Source of the DNA: Patescibacteria group bacterium | Lineage (GTDB): Bacteria > Patescibacteriota > Kazan-3B-28 > UBA10110 | Direction of reading: 5' to 3' | Length of the DNA stretch: 64,000 nt | NCBI GenBank assembly: GCA_016936175.1 | Contig: JAFGPN010000016.1 | Coordinates: 1,648 to 65,647, forward strand | Part shown: piece by piece, positions 9,655 through 19,583 of the stretch | Layout: every line of letters starts with the position of its first letter | How positions within the stretch are numbered: position 1 is the stretch's first letter | Translations under genes and position numbers: made by a program | Notes under the pieces: model-generated | Seen by the model: only the letters and a program-made list of their open reading frames with translations | Told to the model about the DNA's origin: nothing | Databases searched by the model: none

Positions 9655-9834
9655 CCTCTTATTAATAAACTATTTCTTTAATTAATTAATCTAGTAGTAA
9701 TAGAGAGTGTGGATTAGGGTATAAGTATTTTTTTGATTGATAGGCTTAATAAATATTGGTTTTAGTCTGGTGATGAATGGTGGATGGATTGTTGATAAGT
9801 TTTTGCTTAAATGCTTTCCCCAATTTAATCCACA
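9655..9834. other. Probable replication origin oriC (dnaA-dnaN intergenic)
   Basis: AT-rich 9661-9690, TAG-TAG-TAA-TAG trios 9692-9703, DnaA-box-like TGTGGATTA 9708-9716, TGTTGATAA 9790-9798, TAATCCACA 9826-9834. Confidence 0.75.
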
Positions 9835-11219
9835 GCATAAAGTTTATCCTTGATAGTTTTTATCTCCCCCTCCAAGTCGTTATTTTCCAACAATAGGTTT
9901 TTGATCTTGTTGTAATCATGAATAATTGTGGTGTGATCTCTGCCCCCCATCTCTCGACCCACGCTCTTGTAGGGCAGGTCTAGCTCCTCGCGCAGTAAAA
10001 AGATTAGTACCTGACGGGGAAAGACTATCTCCTTGTTGCGTTTTTTGCCCAGCAACTCGTCCTTTTTAATGTCGTAATGTTTGCAGACAGCTTTTGTCAC
10101 GTCCCCCACTTTGACTATCCGTTTGCCGGGGCTGAACAGAATGCCGCCCAATAGATTCTCTACCTCGTCATTGGTTGGGATGGTGTTATTAAGCTGGCCG
10201 AACGCCACTACTCGAGTTAAGGCTCCCTCTAGCTCGCGGATGTTGTTTTGAATCTTTCCGGCGATTGCCTCTAATATGTAGTCGGGTAGCTGAAAATCTA
10301 AATTAGCCGCTTTTGAGCGTAACACTGCCAGGCGCATCTCGTAGTTAGGGGCGGAGATATCAGCAATCATCCCCCATTCAAACCGAGAGCGCAGTCGCGA
10401 TTCCAAGGTGGGGATAGCTTTTGGCGGTCGATCGGAGGCCAAAACGATCTGTTTGTTACTTTCGTATAATGCGTTAAAGGTGTTAAAGAACTCCTCTTGG
10501 GTAGCTTCGCGGCCAGCCAAGAATTGAATATCGTCGATAATTAAACAATCTACTTTACGATATTTTTCTCTGAACTCCTTGGTAGTTTTTTTATGAATTG
10601 CATCTACCAGCTCGTTAGTGAATCTTTCTGAGGTAACATAAACCACCTTTTTTTTGGGGTAGAGCGTCAGGATCTCATTACCAGCCGCCTGCAATAGATG
10701 AGTTTTGCCCAATCCAACCCCGCCGTAGATAAATAGTGGGTTGTAAGTAATGCCCGGGGCTTTGGCCACGGCTGTGGTAGCGGCGTTAGCTAGTTTATTG
10801 CTTTCTCCCACCACAAAGGTTTCGAAAGTATAACGAGGATTTAATCTGTCCACCGCATCGCGGGTGGTCGAGGGCTTTGAGGCTGCGTTGGTGCGAGTAG
10901 CGGCGGTAGCAACCGATGCGGGTGCGGAGAATAAAGTTGTCTGTTCTTGTCTGGGTGAGCTTCCTACTATGTATTTGATATTAGTGAGGTTAGGCAAACT
11001 CTTTGCCAGACAACGGCGTAACTCTTTCTCGTATTTCTTTTGTAGCCACTCTAAAGTAAACACGTTTGGAACGCGAAGTAACACCTCGGTATCGGTGATA
11101 TCTATAATCTCTGTATTTTTTAGCCAGGTGTTGAAGTTGGCTTTACTCAAAGACACCTCGGCTTCGCCCAAAACGTTTTGCCACAACCGCTGTTTATCCA
11201 CTACCCTCGGATCGCTCAC
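9825..11219 (-). CDS. dnaA: Chromosomal replication initiator DnaA
   Basis: YNPLFIYGGVGLGKTHL, IDDIQF, RLRSRFEWG, NIRELEGAL, GGRDHTT. Confidence 0.98.
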   Translation of the reverse strand: MSDPRVVDKQRLWQNVLGEAEVSLSKANFNTWLKNTEIIDITDTEVLLRVPNVFTLEWLQKKYEKELRRCLAKSLPNLTNIKYIVGSSPRQEQTTLFSAPASVATAATRTNAASKPSTTRDAVDRLNPRYTFETFVVGESNKLANAATTAVAKAPGITYNPLFIYGGVGLGKTHLLQAAGNEILTLYPKKKVVYVTSERFTNELVDAIHKKTTKEFREKYRKVDCLIIDDIQFLAGREATQEEFFNTFNALYESNKQIVLASDRPPKAIPTLESRLRSRFEWGMIADISAPNYEMRLAVLRSKAANLDFQLPDYILEAIAGKIQNNIRELEGALTRVVAFGQLNNTIPTNDEVENLLGGILFSPGKRIVKVGDVTKAVCKHYDIKKDELLGKKRNKEIVFPRQVLIFLLREELDLPYKSVGREMGGRDHTTIIHDYNKIKNLLLENNDLEGEIKTIKDKLYAVD

Positions 11220-11331
11220 AAGGTAATTTTATTACAGTTATCCCCAAACAACAATTGATATCAACGCCTCATTATACGCTAAATTGATGGAGGGCCAATT
11301 AAATTGACCAATCAAAAGCTTTACAGCTATA

Positions 11332-11446
11332 CCCCGTTAGAAGTCCGACCCGTCTTCTGCCTAATTAACCCTGATTTACTCCCGCGGGAAACGTTTTACC
11401 CACCAATTTGGTAGTTTGAGATTTGTCCGGTAAACTTCTAACGGGG
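11332..11446. mobile_element. CCCCGTTAGAA-TIR miniature element, copy 1 (115 bp)
   Basis: TATACCCCGTTAGAAGT...ACTTCTAACGGGGTATA perfect 17-bp IR including the flanking TATA. Confidence 0.75.
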
Positions 11447-11480
11447 TATACTAAACAGGTAACATCCCTTAATTAACCTT

Positions 11481-11615
11481 ATGAAACGGACATATCAGCC
11501 TAAAAAACGCAAACGCCTACGCAAATTTGGTTACCGTGCCCGAATGGCGACCAAGGGTGGACGTAAGGTGGTAGCCAGACGAAGAGCTAAGGGCCGTAAA
11601 AAGCTTTCGGAGTAA
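11481..11615 (+). CDS. rpmH: 50S ribosomal protein L34 (not in ORF track)
   Basis: Translates to [44 protein letters not shown]. Confidence 0.97.
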   Translation: MKRTYQPKKRKRLRKFGYRARMATKGGRKVVARRRAKGRKKLSE

Positions 11616-11640
11616 TCCTTAACCCCAACAGAGGAACCCC

Positions 11641-11913
11641 ATGGAAAGAGGATACCGAGGATACGCCGATAGCCCAGCCTTTACTTTAAAATATCCCCCT
11701 AGCTCCGACCGGGCTAAGCGAATTAGGGTGGTGGTAAGTGCCAAGGTGGCCAAGAAGGCCGTCATGCGGAATCTAATCAAGCGGCGCCTTCGGGATATTT
11801 GGAGGCTGATCGGTAGTGGCCCGTTGCCCCACATCTACGTTAAGAAAGCGGCTCTAACGATGTCATTTGCTCAGTTGAAAGCCGAGTTAGATAGATTAAT
11901 AAAGAAACGATGA
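11641..11913 (+). CDS. rnpA: Ribonuclease P protein component (short)
   Basis: VSAKVAKKAVMRNLIKRRLR RNR-like motif; synteny after rpmH. Confidence 0.85.
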   Translation: MERGYRGYADSPAFTLKYPPSSDRAKRIRVVVSAKVAKKAVMRNLIKRRLRDIWRLIGSGPLPHIYVKKAALTMSFAQLKAELDRLIKKR

Positions 11914-12143
11914 AACAGTTTGCATTAGCACTAATTCGCCTCTACCAACTTACCCTGTCGCCTGATCACGGCTGGTTTAAAGCGGCGTATCCTTACGGGC
12001 ATTGCCGATTCTCCCCCAGTTGTTCCGAGTATGCTAGGCAGGCAGTTGAACAAAAAGGAGCAGCCAAGGGCTTGAGCCTGGCAATCTGGCGAGTGCTACG
12101 ATGCAATCCGTGGAATCGGGGTGGCATCGACCCAGTAAAATAA
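11910..12143 (+). CDS. yidD: Membrane protein insertion efficiency factor YidD
   Basis: CRFSPSCSEY, RVLRCNPW.GGIDPV. Confidence 0.95.
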   Translation: MKQFALALIRLYQLTLSPDHGWFKAAYPYGHCRFSPSCSEYARQAVEQKGAAKGLSLAIWRVLRCNPWNRGGIDPVK

Positions 12144-12146
12144 ACC

Positions 12147-12914
12147 ATGAATAACCTCATCCCCAAATACACCTTTAACGAAAATGCCTGGATTACCAAG
12201 TTGCTGTATAAGCCGCTGTTAAACGTGTTGATGTTACTCTACGTTTACATCCCGGGCCACGATTTTGGTGTGGCCATTATTGTATTGACCTTAATCATTC
12301 GTGCCATCCTCTTCCCATCCTACCTGGGCACACTCAGGTCGCAGTGGGCGCTAAAAAAGATTCAGCCCAAGCTAGATGAAATTAAAAAACTTCATCAAGA
12401 TGACAAAACCAAGCAATCCCAGGAAATGATGAAGATATACAAAGATCACAAAGTCAACCCGCTGGGTAGCTGTTTGCCACTAATAATCCAAATTCCCATT
12501 TTGTTTGCCTTGTACCGGGTATTCTCGATCGGGCTAACCACCGACAGCCTTACTCATCTCTACGACTGGTTTCCCCGGGTACCCGAAGCCATTAACACCA
12601 CCTTCCTGGCCTTTACCCATATACCCCAGTTGCAGGTAAATTTGGCCAATCCTAATATGTATCTAGCGATTACTGCCGCCGCCTGTCAGTTACTGCAGAG
12701 CTGGTTAACCACTAAGTTTCAGCCGGTTCAGGGCGAAGGGATGGCTAAGATGATTAATATGCAGATGTTATATTTGTTTCCCATAATGACCGGGTTTATC
12801 GCCTGGAGCTTACCGGCCGCATTAGCGTTATACTGGATCGCTACGACCGTGTTCACCATTTTGCAACAACTATTTGTTATTACCCCAGCAGGTCGAAGAT
12901 TAGTCGAAAAATAA
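12147..12914 (+). CDS. yidC: Membrane protein insertase YidC/Oxa1
   Basis: GVAIIVLTLIIR, VNPLGSCLP, LALYW. Confidence 0.94.
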   Translation: MNNLIPKYTFNENAWITKLLYKPLLNVLMLLYVYIPGHDFGVAIIVLTLIIRAILFPSYLGTLRSQWALKKIQPKLDEIKKLHQDDKTKQSQEMMKIYKDHKVNPLGSCLPLIIQIPILFALYRVFSIGLTTDSLTHLYDWFPRVPEAINTTFLAFTHIPQLQVNLANPNMYLAITAAACQLLQSWLTTKFQPVQGEGMAKMINMQMLYLFPIMTGFIAWSLPAALALYWIATTVFTILQQLFVITPAGRRLVEK

Positions 12915-13382
12915 TTGGAAAATAATATGGAAGAGATTGTCGATTACATTAAGCAAGTAATAGCGGGGATGTTTGCCAAGTGGCCAATTAAGGTCGAGGT
13001 AGAGGCTTCACCGGAGGATGACTTTGTGATGGTCGATCTTAAGACCAACAACGACGCATTATTTATCCAGCCCAAGGCCGACCCACTCCTGGCACTTCAA
13101 CATCTAGTTCGTCTGATGGTGCGGCAAAAATTTCCGGAGACGTCCGTTCACCTGACAGTTAATATTGGTGATTTTCATCAACGTCAGCGTGATGCTCTAA
13201 CCAAAGTGGCTGAAGACGCGATCAAGCAGGCTAAACAAAGTGGCGCTCCTATATACCTTTCGCCGATGTCTTCTTTTGAGCGGCGAATCGTTCATATGGT
13301 AGTCGCGGCAGACGCCGACGTTAGCTCGGAGAGCTCGGGGGTAGGAGCTGGTCGCCGGGTGGTAGTCAAACCTGCCGCTTAA
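12915..13382 (+). CDS. Jag/KhpB-like R3H protein lacking the Jag_N domain (start may be 12927)
   Basis: LLALQHLV, PMSSFERRIVH, SESSG.G..RRVVV; follows yidC. Confidence 0.8.
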   Translation: MENNMEEIVDYIKQVIAGMFAKWPIKVEVEASPEDDFVMVDLKTNNDALFIQPKADPLLALQHLVRLMVRQKFPETSVHLTVNIGDFHQRQRDALTKVAEDAIKQAKQSGAPIYLSPMSSFERRIVHMVVAADADVSSESSGVGAGRRVVVKPAA

Positions 13383-13399
13383 GGGAGGTTTTAGGCTCG

Positions 13400-13478
13400 T
13401 CCCGTTTAAAATCACTTATCGGGACAATCTACATTCAGTTTTGGCCGAGTAATTACGCTAAGTCGATTTCTAACGGGA
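13400..13478. mobile_element. CCCCGTTAGAA-TIR miniature element, degenerate copy 2 (79 bp)
   Basis: TCCCGTTTAAAATC...GATTTCTAACGGGA (2 mismatches); last base is the A of the flippase ATG. Confidence 0.55.
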
Positions 13479-14905
13479 TGAATGTTTCGCGGCGAATCGC
13501 TGGCAACACCATAATCCAGATATTTAGCAAGGCGGTTACCGCCGCTACTTCCGCATTGGTGCTAGCCTACCTGGCTCGCTATTTAGGCGTCAGTGGCTAC
13601 GGCGACTACGTTACAGTCTTTGCCTATTTGGGCATCTTCGGTGTGCTGGTGGATTTAGGTATCTTTGTTACTAGCGTGCGGGAGATTGCTAAAAGCCCCG
13701 AGGCCGAGCGCCAGATTGTGGGCAATGTGTTGGGGCTACGGTTAGTAGTTGGGGTGATAATATTTGCTATCGCCTCTGCCTTGGCTTTTATTATCCCCTA
13801 CTCTCCGCTAGTGCGCCTGGGTATTTTATTAGGATCGGTCTCCCAATTGTTTTTAGTGGTCAATCAGGCGCCGGTCAGTTTGTTTCAGGCCAGGCTAATT
13901 ATGCACCGAGCCGCTATCGCCGATATCGTGGGACGGTTGGTGTTGCTGGCGTTAGTCTGGTGGTTTATTAAATTACAGTTGGGTTTTCTGCCGATGATTG
14001 GGGCAGTGGCGATTAGCACCTTCGTTACCTTTGTTGTTAGCATGATGCTGGCGATTAAGGTTAGTGCCATCTGGCCACGTTGTGATTGGGCAATTTGGCG
14101 GCGGATTTTAATCCTGGCCTTGCCGATGGGGGCAGTGATGATTCTAAGCACCGTCTACTTTCGGGTCGACACAGTGTTGTTATCACTGATGAAGGATAGT
14201 TTTGACGTGGGGGTTTATGGAGCTCCCTACAAGATATTAGAAGTGCTATTGGCTATCCCCACCATCTTTATGAGCTCGGTATTGCCAGTGATGACGCGGG
14301 CGTTAGACGAGCACAACAAAAACCATGCCCTAGGGATATTTAGAAGGTCGTTTGATTTTATGAGTATCGCTTCGCTACCTTTGGTGGTGGGGACGATTCT
14401 ATTAGCTACCCCGATCATGGTATTAATTGCTGGCCCAGACTTTGCCATCTCCGGACCGGTATTAGCAATTATCATATTAAAATTAGCCGGATCTGCACTC
14501 AACAGTGTGATGATCTACACCATTATTGCGGCTGGCGCACAACGTCGCTTGCTACTGCCCTATGCTATTGCGGTAGTATTTAACGTTAGTGCTAACCTGG
14601 TGCTAATCCCTACCTATAGTTATATGGGGGCCTCCGTAGTCACCGTTTTGACCGAGGCATGGGTGTTGATAGCGGCCGGTTATTTGGTTGGTAAATATCT
14701 GCGGCTAACTCCAAGCTGGGGGGTGTTGCTTAAATGTTTAGTGGCGAGCGGGGTGATGGGTGTTGTGGTTTGGTGGTCAGGCGACATTGGTCTTTGGTTA
14801 AAGATTGGGATAGGCGTTGTCGTCTATGTAGCTGGGATATTTTTGCTTAGAGCTATTCGACTTAAAGATATTCACGAGCTACTGCCTAAATTCAATCGCG
14901 TATGA
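13478..14905 (+). CDS. Polysaccharide flippase (Wzx/MOP superfamily)
   Basis: About 12-14 TM; YLARYLG..GYG.Y, DLG, VYFRVD.VLL, VGVYGA. Confidence 0.88.
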   Translation: MNVSRRIAGNTIIQIFSKAVTAATSALVLAYLARYLGVSGYGDYVTVFAYLGIFGVLVDLGIFVTSVREIAKSPEAERQIVGNVLGLRLVVGVIIFAIASALAFIIPYSPLVRLGILLGSVSQLFLVVNQAPVSLFQARLIMHRAAIADIVGRLVLLALVWWFIKLQLGFLPMIGAVAISTFVTFVVSMMLAIKVSAIWPRCDWAIWRRILILALPMGAVMILSTVYFRVDTVLLSLMKDSFDVGVYGAPYKILEVLLAIPTIFMSSVLPVMTRALDEHNKNHALGIFRRSFDFMSIASLPLVVGTILLATPIMVLIAGPDFAISGPVLAIIILKLAGSALNSVMIYTIIAAGAQRRLLLPYAIAVVFNVSANLVLIPTYSYMGASVVTVLTEAWVLIAAGYLVGKYLRLTPSWGVLLKCLVASGVMGVVVWWSGDIGLWLKIGIGVVVYVAGIFLLRAIRLKDIHELLPKFNRV

Positions 14906-15978
14906 TTATCGGTATAGATGTTAGAGAGGGCGTAAGGCCAAACCGAGCTGGCAAGGGCGAGTATGTGTATCAATTGGTGACTCACCTGATTAAGCATGCC
15001 GAACATAGATTTATATTGTTTAGTGATGCCGAACTGCCAACCGAATGGCAGTTGCCTAATGTTCAAAAAAGGGTGTGGCGAGTAGGAAGCTGGTTATGGC
15101 AAGGGCTAATGGTTGTCTATCTTAATCTCTGGCGGCCGGTCGATGTCTATCTCTCTACCACCAGTGTGATATTGCCAGCTTTAACTTGGCGGCTACCAAT
15201 GGTTACGGTGTTGTTCGATTTTGTTAGTTTTCTATTTGCCGATCAGCACAAATCTAAGGCAGTGCTGTTCGAAAAAATTTGGATGCGACCGGCCATCAAT
15301 CGCTCCAAGGCCTTATTATCTATCTCCCAGTCGACCAAAAATGATGCAGTAAAGTTGTTTGGAGTTAACCCAGACAAAATCACTGTTAGCTACCTTGGGC
15401 CGGCTATTGCCGAAGAGTCCTCTCCAGTTGCCTTGCCGGCCACCTCCACTATTTTATTTGTCGGGACATTAGAGCCGCGAAAAAACGTGGTAGTTTTAAC
15501 AGAAGCGTTTAACCAGTTGCGCCTTCAGGGCGTTGCCTGCAGTTTGGTTTTGGTCGGTGGTTGGGGGTGGCAGAGCGAAGAGATTAAAGCCGCCATTGCC
15601 AATAGTCCCTTCACCTCCGATATCAAGGTGCTGGGCTATGTTTCCGAGCCTCAAAAAACTTTTCTCTATCAACACGCTACTGTTTTAGCTTTTCCTTCAC
15701 ATTACGAAGGATTTGGCATGCCACCATTGGAAGCCATGAGCTTGGGTCTGCCGGTCATAACCACCACAGCTTCATCGTTGCCCGAGGTGGTTGGCGACGC
15801 GGCCATCTTGGTTTCTCCCGATTCAGTAAACGAGCTAACCCAAGCCCTTCGCCGAGTTTTAACCGATGAGCCCCTGCGTCAACGCTTAGCTCAAGCTGGT
15901 TTAGCACAGAGCCAGAAATTTAATTGGCAAAATACCGCAGATGTTACACTGGGAGTGTTAATCAACGCTCGTGCCTAA
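14902..15978 (+). CDS. Glycosyltransferase family 4 (GT-B)
   Basis: VGTLEPRKN, FPSHYEGFGMPPLEAM. Confidence 0.92.
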   Translation: MIIGIDVREGVRPNRAGKGEYVYQLVTHLIKHAEHRFILFSDAELPTEWQLPNVQKRVWRVGSWLWQGLMVVYLNLWRPVDVYLSTTSVILPALTWRLPMVTVLFDFVSFLFADQHKSKAVLFEKIWMRPAINRSKALLSISQSTKNDAVKLFGVNPDKITVSYLGPAIAEESSPVALPATSTILFVGTLEPRKNVVVLTEAFNQLRLQGVACSLVLVGGWGWQSEEIKAAIANSPFTSDIKVLGYVSEPQKTFLYQHATVLAFPSHYEGFGMPPLEAMSLGLPVITTTASSLPEVVGDAAILVSPDSVNELTQALRRVLTDEPLRQRLAQAGLAQSQKFNWQNTADVTLGVLINARA

Positions 15979-17149
15979 ATCAATTTATTTTGTCGGTTTT
16001 GTTATCGTTAGCTTAGCCCTGATCGGTGGTCAACTACTGCGGATTTCATTTGGAGGTATAGCCATTACCGCCTTGGATGCGGTGGTATTGGGCTGGGCGG
16101 TTTTTTGGTTGTGGGACCTGCTAACTAAATTACACCGCTATCCCATCCCCCAATTTTTATGGTGGGGCATGGCTTTCTTCGGCGTGGCTCTAATCTCGTT
16201 GATCGGAGCCTTGCGTTTTATCAGCACACCCGAGTTGGCGGTGGCTTTTAGTTATCTTATCCGCTGGGGCGCTTACACCACCTTAGTCTACTTGGGCTAT
16301 GCCCTGGCAAAATCATCCCGATTGATTCCGGCGTTAGGGTTAGTTTTTGGGCTAGTCGCGGTTTTGGGTATTGGTCAGTGGCTGGTTGCTCCCGATATCA
16401 GCTTTTTGGAGCGTTTTGGTTGGGACCCGCATCAAGGTCGATTAGTGTCCACTTTTTTAGACCCTAATTTTGTGGGTGGATTTTTAGTAATTGGCCTATC
16501 TCTTGCCCTGCCGCAGTTGTTTACTAAGCAACACCAAAACTGGCGTTGGTACTGGGCCGTCATTGGGGGCTTAACGCTGGTCGGTATCTATCTAACCTTC
16601 TCTCGTAGCGCTCTGCTGGCTCTATTAATAGCAGTCCTAATCATCGGCACGCTTAAATATCGTCAGGTTGCCGCAGTTCTGCTTGTGGTTATGGTTTTGG
16701 TCTATATCATTTCGCCCAAACTCCAAGATAGAGTTAAGGGGGCTTTGGTTATTGATCAGACTGCTCGTTATCGGATCGAATCATGGAGTGAAGGGCTAAA
16801 TATTATGCGAGCCGAACCTTTACTGGGCGTTGGTTTCAATACCCTGTTGTATACCCGGGATCGTTACGGTTATTGGCCCGGTGGTCATGCCAGTAGCGGA
16901 TTTGATAGTAGTTTACTTACGGTCGGTGCCACTACCGGCGGGTTAGGGCTGCTGGCCTACTTGGGGTTACTGGTAAGCGCCCTGCTCTTAGCTTGGCGAA
17001 AGTGGCGAAGTTCCTCAGCCCCAATCGCGCTTAGCTTCTTGGCTGCCACCGGTGCCCTGCTGGTTCACTCCCTATTTGTTAACAGCTTGCTTTATCCCTC
17101 GGTTTTAGTGGTCTGGTGGATTATATTAGGTTTAGTATGGGCGATCTAA
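15971..17149 (+). CDS. O-antigen ligase/Wzy_C-like membrane protein
   Basis: R..STFLDPN, TFSRSA, R...W, PLLGVG. Confidence 0.85.
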   Translation: MPKSIYFVGFVIVSLALIGGQLLRISFGGIAITALDAVVLGWAVFWLWDLLTKLHRYPIPQFLWWGMAFFGVALISLIGALRFISTPELAVAFSYLIRWGAYTTLVYLGYALAKSSRLIPALGLVFGLVAVLGIGQWLVAPDISFLERFGWDPHQGRLVSTFLDPNFVGGFLVIGLSLALPQLFTKQHQNWRWYWAVIGGLTLVGIYLTFSRSALLALLIAVLIIGTLKYRQVAAVLLVVMVLVYIISPKLQDRVKGALVIDQTARYRIESWSEGLNIMRAEPLLGVGFNTLLYTRDRYGYWPGGHASSGFDSSLLTVGATTGGLGLLAYLGLLVSALLLAWRKWRSSSAPIALSFLAATGALLVHSLFVNSLLYPSVLVVWWIILGLVWAI

Positions 17150-18405
17150 TCATTTATCTTGTAGTCTTTTTGTTGGTTGTGGCTTTGGTAAGCTGGCGCA
17201 ATCTTCGGGTTGGAGCTTATCTAATTTTGATTATCCTGCCGCTGTATTTGATCAAATTTAAATTTGGCCCTATCCCCACTACCCTGCTCGAGCTGACAAT
17301 CTATGTCGTTGCATTAGTTTGGCTGATTAAGGTTTGGTTGGGGCAAGCGCGGATTAACTGGCCGGCCCTCCGAGTTTATCGCTATCCTCTGCTGCTTATT
17401 TTGGTCGGTCTAATTTTGGGCACATACGTTTCGACGGACCGCTCAATCTCGCTTGGGATTATTAAAGGTTGGTTTATCGACCCCATAATATTATTCGGGC
17501 TTATGGTCAGCGTGCTTGATCGTCAAGTTCACATTAAAAAAGCTATCGCCGCTCTTATGCTACCAGCCGTTGTTTTGTCTTGTATTGCCCTTTATCAAGT
17601 TATAACCGATCAGTTTATTACTGTGGATGGTCGCGCCTCGGCTGTGTTTAGCTCGGCCAACTACCTCTCATTATTTATTGTGCCAGTAATAGTGTTAGGT
17701 TTTGGTTTACTCGGGTCGATTGCTAAGCGGTGGCGCTGGTGGGTAGTTGTCTCGCTTTTGTTAATGTTAGGAGCCGTATACTTTACCTTTTCCTATTCTG
17801 GCTGGCTGGGGTTAATAGTGGGCATAGCCATGTTGGTGTTGTGCCTAAGACGCTTTTGGGTGGCCGCTCTTAGTGGAGTAGGTGTGGCGCTAATCGCTGT
17901 TCTATCTCAGTGGCAACACCCTAAATTTCAACAGATGCTCGATCTGGTTGGCCGATCTTCTTCTCACGTTAGAATTCAGGTTTGGCAGACTGCGATGTTG
18001 ATGATTAAGGAAAATCCACTTACCGGTATCGGGTTAGGTTTATTTGAAAAAAGGTATTTAGAGTTTGCCAGCCGATTATTTAGCCCACCGATCGAGCTTC
18101 GAATGTTGCATTCGCACAATATTGTTTTGCAGTTTTTGGTCAGCACAGGGTTGCTCGGAGCAGTTGGATTTGTTTGGCTAGTAGTTAATTTTGCTCGCCA
18201 AATCTGGCAAGCCGCTATTTATAATCGGGGCATTTTGGCCATCACGACACTGGCGGGGATGACGGCATTGCTTACCCATGGGATGCTTGACCAGGCCTAC
18301 TGGAAAAACGACCTCTCGGCTTTGTTCTGGGTCATAATAGCTTTTGGTATAATACTGAGTCCTAACCCTATCTATGCAGGATACGCTTCACACCATCGGA
18401 ATTGA
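17137..18405 (+). CDS. Second O-antigen ligase/oligosaccharyltransferase-like protein (ATG 17137 preferred over track start 17116)
   Basis: R.S..F.SAN, R..VW, PLTGIG, HSHNI.L. Confidence 0.85.
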   Translation: MGDLIIYLVVFLLVVALVSWRNLRVGAYLILIILPLYLIKFKFGPIPTTLLELTIYVVALVWLIKVWLGQARINWPALRVYRYPLLLILVGLILGTYVSTDRSISLGIIKGWFIDPIILFGLMVSVLDRQVHIKKAIAALMLPAVVLSCIALYQVITDQFITVDGRASAVFSSANYLSLFIVPVIVLGFGLLGSIAKRWRWWVVVSLLLMLGAVYFTFSYSGWLGLIVGIAMLVLCLRRFWVAALSGVGVALIAVLSQWQHPKFQQMLDLVGRSSSHVRIQVWQTAMLMIKENPLTGIGLGLFEKRYLEFASRLFSPPIELRMLHSHNIVLQFLVSTGLLGAVGFVWLVVNFARQIWQAAIYNRGILAITTLAGMTALLTHGMLDQAYWKNDLSALFWVIIAFGIILSPNPIYAGYASHHRN

Positions 18406-19513
18406 CGCGCGAATGTTTGGCACCGCTCAGGCGGCCGGTATTGGCCAGTATGCCGAGGAGTTAGTGCGTCATTTGGTTAAGCGCGATACCACTAATCAGT
18501 ATCGTGTTTTTGTCACTGGCGAAGCGGGCAATAATTTTCCTATCTACGCCTCCAATCTAACCAAATCTGTTGTTCCCTTTAAACACTACACCTATAGCGA
18601 GCAGTTTTTGTATCCCAACATACTCAAACAGGCTAATCTTAACCTAATTCATTACACTAACTTTAACTCGCCGATCTTTTTTAAAAAGACCAAAAGCATT
18701 GTTACTATTCACGATCTAACGCTTTGGTTTTTCCCGGGGCGGAAACAGAAAGGGGCAATTAAACAGTTGCTCTATCGGGTGGTAATTCGCCAAGCTTGTC
18801 GCAACGCCCATCACATTATTGCTATTACTGAGGCGACCAAACGGGATATCGTTAAATTACTTAAAATTGATCCGGCTAAGATTACAGTAGTACACGAGGC
18901 CGCTTCGGAGCGGTATCATCCCTTAATTCAGCCAGCCAACTTAGAACAGATTAAGCGCAAATTTAATATTACTAAGCCCTATTTTCTATATATCGGTCAG
19001 TGGCGGGCACATAAAAATGTAGTGCGATTGATTCGGGCGTTTGCCCTACTTCGCCGTCGGTATCAATTAGATTATCAATTAGTGCTGGGGAGTAAGATAG
19101 ATTCTGCGTACCCCGAGATACCAGCTACCATTAAGGAGCTGGGCTTACAAGAAGATGTAGTGTTGACCGGCTACGTTGCTGACGACGAATTGCCTTATCT
19201 TTATAACGGGGCGGAATGCTTTGTATTTCCCTCACTCTATGAAGGATTTGGTCTGCCACCGTTAGAAGCGATGGCCTGTGGCACCCCGGTAGTTTCTTCT
19301 AACGTGTCTTGTATGCCAGAGGTATTGGGCGAGGCGGCCATTTATTTTGATCCCCTAAACGTCGAAGAGATGGCTAAAGCAATGGCTGAAGTGGGTAAAA
19401 ACTACTCGCTCAAGCGAGAGCTTAAAGCTAAGGGGCTTGCCCAGGCCAAGCTCTACTCGTTTGATCGCATGGCCGAAGAGACCCTGGCAGTTTATTGCCA
19501 GGTATTGGGTTAG
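18374..19513 (+). CDS. Glycosyltransferase family 4 (GT-B)
   Basis: [31 protein letters not shown]. Confidence 0.92.
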   Translation: MQDTLHTIGIDARMFGTAQAAGIGQYAEELVRHLVKRDTTNQYRVFVTGEAGNNFPIYASNLTKSVVPFKHYTYSEQFLYPNILKQANLNLIHYTNFNSPIFFKKTKSIVTIHDLTLWFFPGRKQKGAIKQLLYRVVIRQACRNAHHIIAITEATKRDIVKLLKIDPAKITVVHEAASERYHPLIQPANLEQIKRKFNITKPYFLYIGQWRAHKNVVRLIRAFALLRRRYQLDYQLVLGSKIDSAYPEIPATIKELGLQEDVVLTGYVADDELPYLYNGAECFVFPSLYEGFGLPPLEAMACGTPVVSSNVSCMPEVLGEAAIYFDPLNVEEMAKAMAEVGKNYSLKRELKAKGLAQAKLYSFDRMAEETLAVYCQVLG

Positions 19514-19583
19514 ATTTAAGTTTGGGCATTGCTAAACACGCATATTATAATGAAGCGTAGTCATATTAGTTAAATTTATCAGC

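Noticed and set aside
11332..11446. GTTAGAA/TTCTAAC in the TIR elements as integron attC core sites
   Set aside because: The order is reversed relative to attC, the final base does not fit GTTRRRY, and there are no L boxes, cassette array or integrase in the window.
11616..11913. rnpA as a pseudogene because it is short
   Set aside because: The RNR-like motif and operon coupling are intact.
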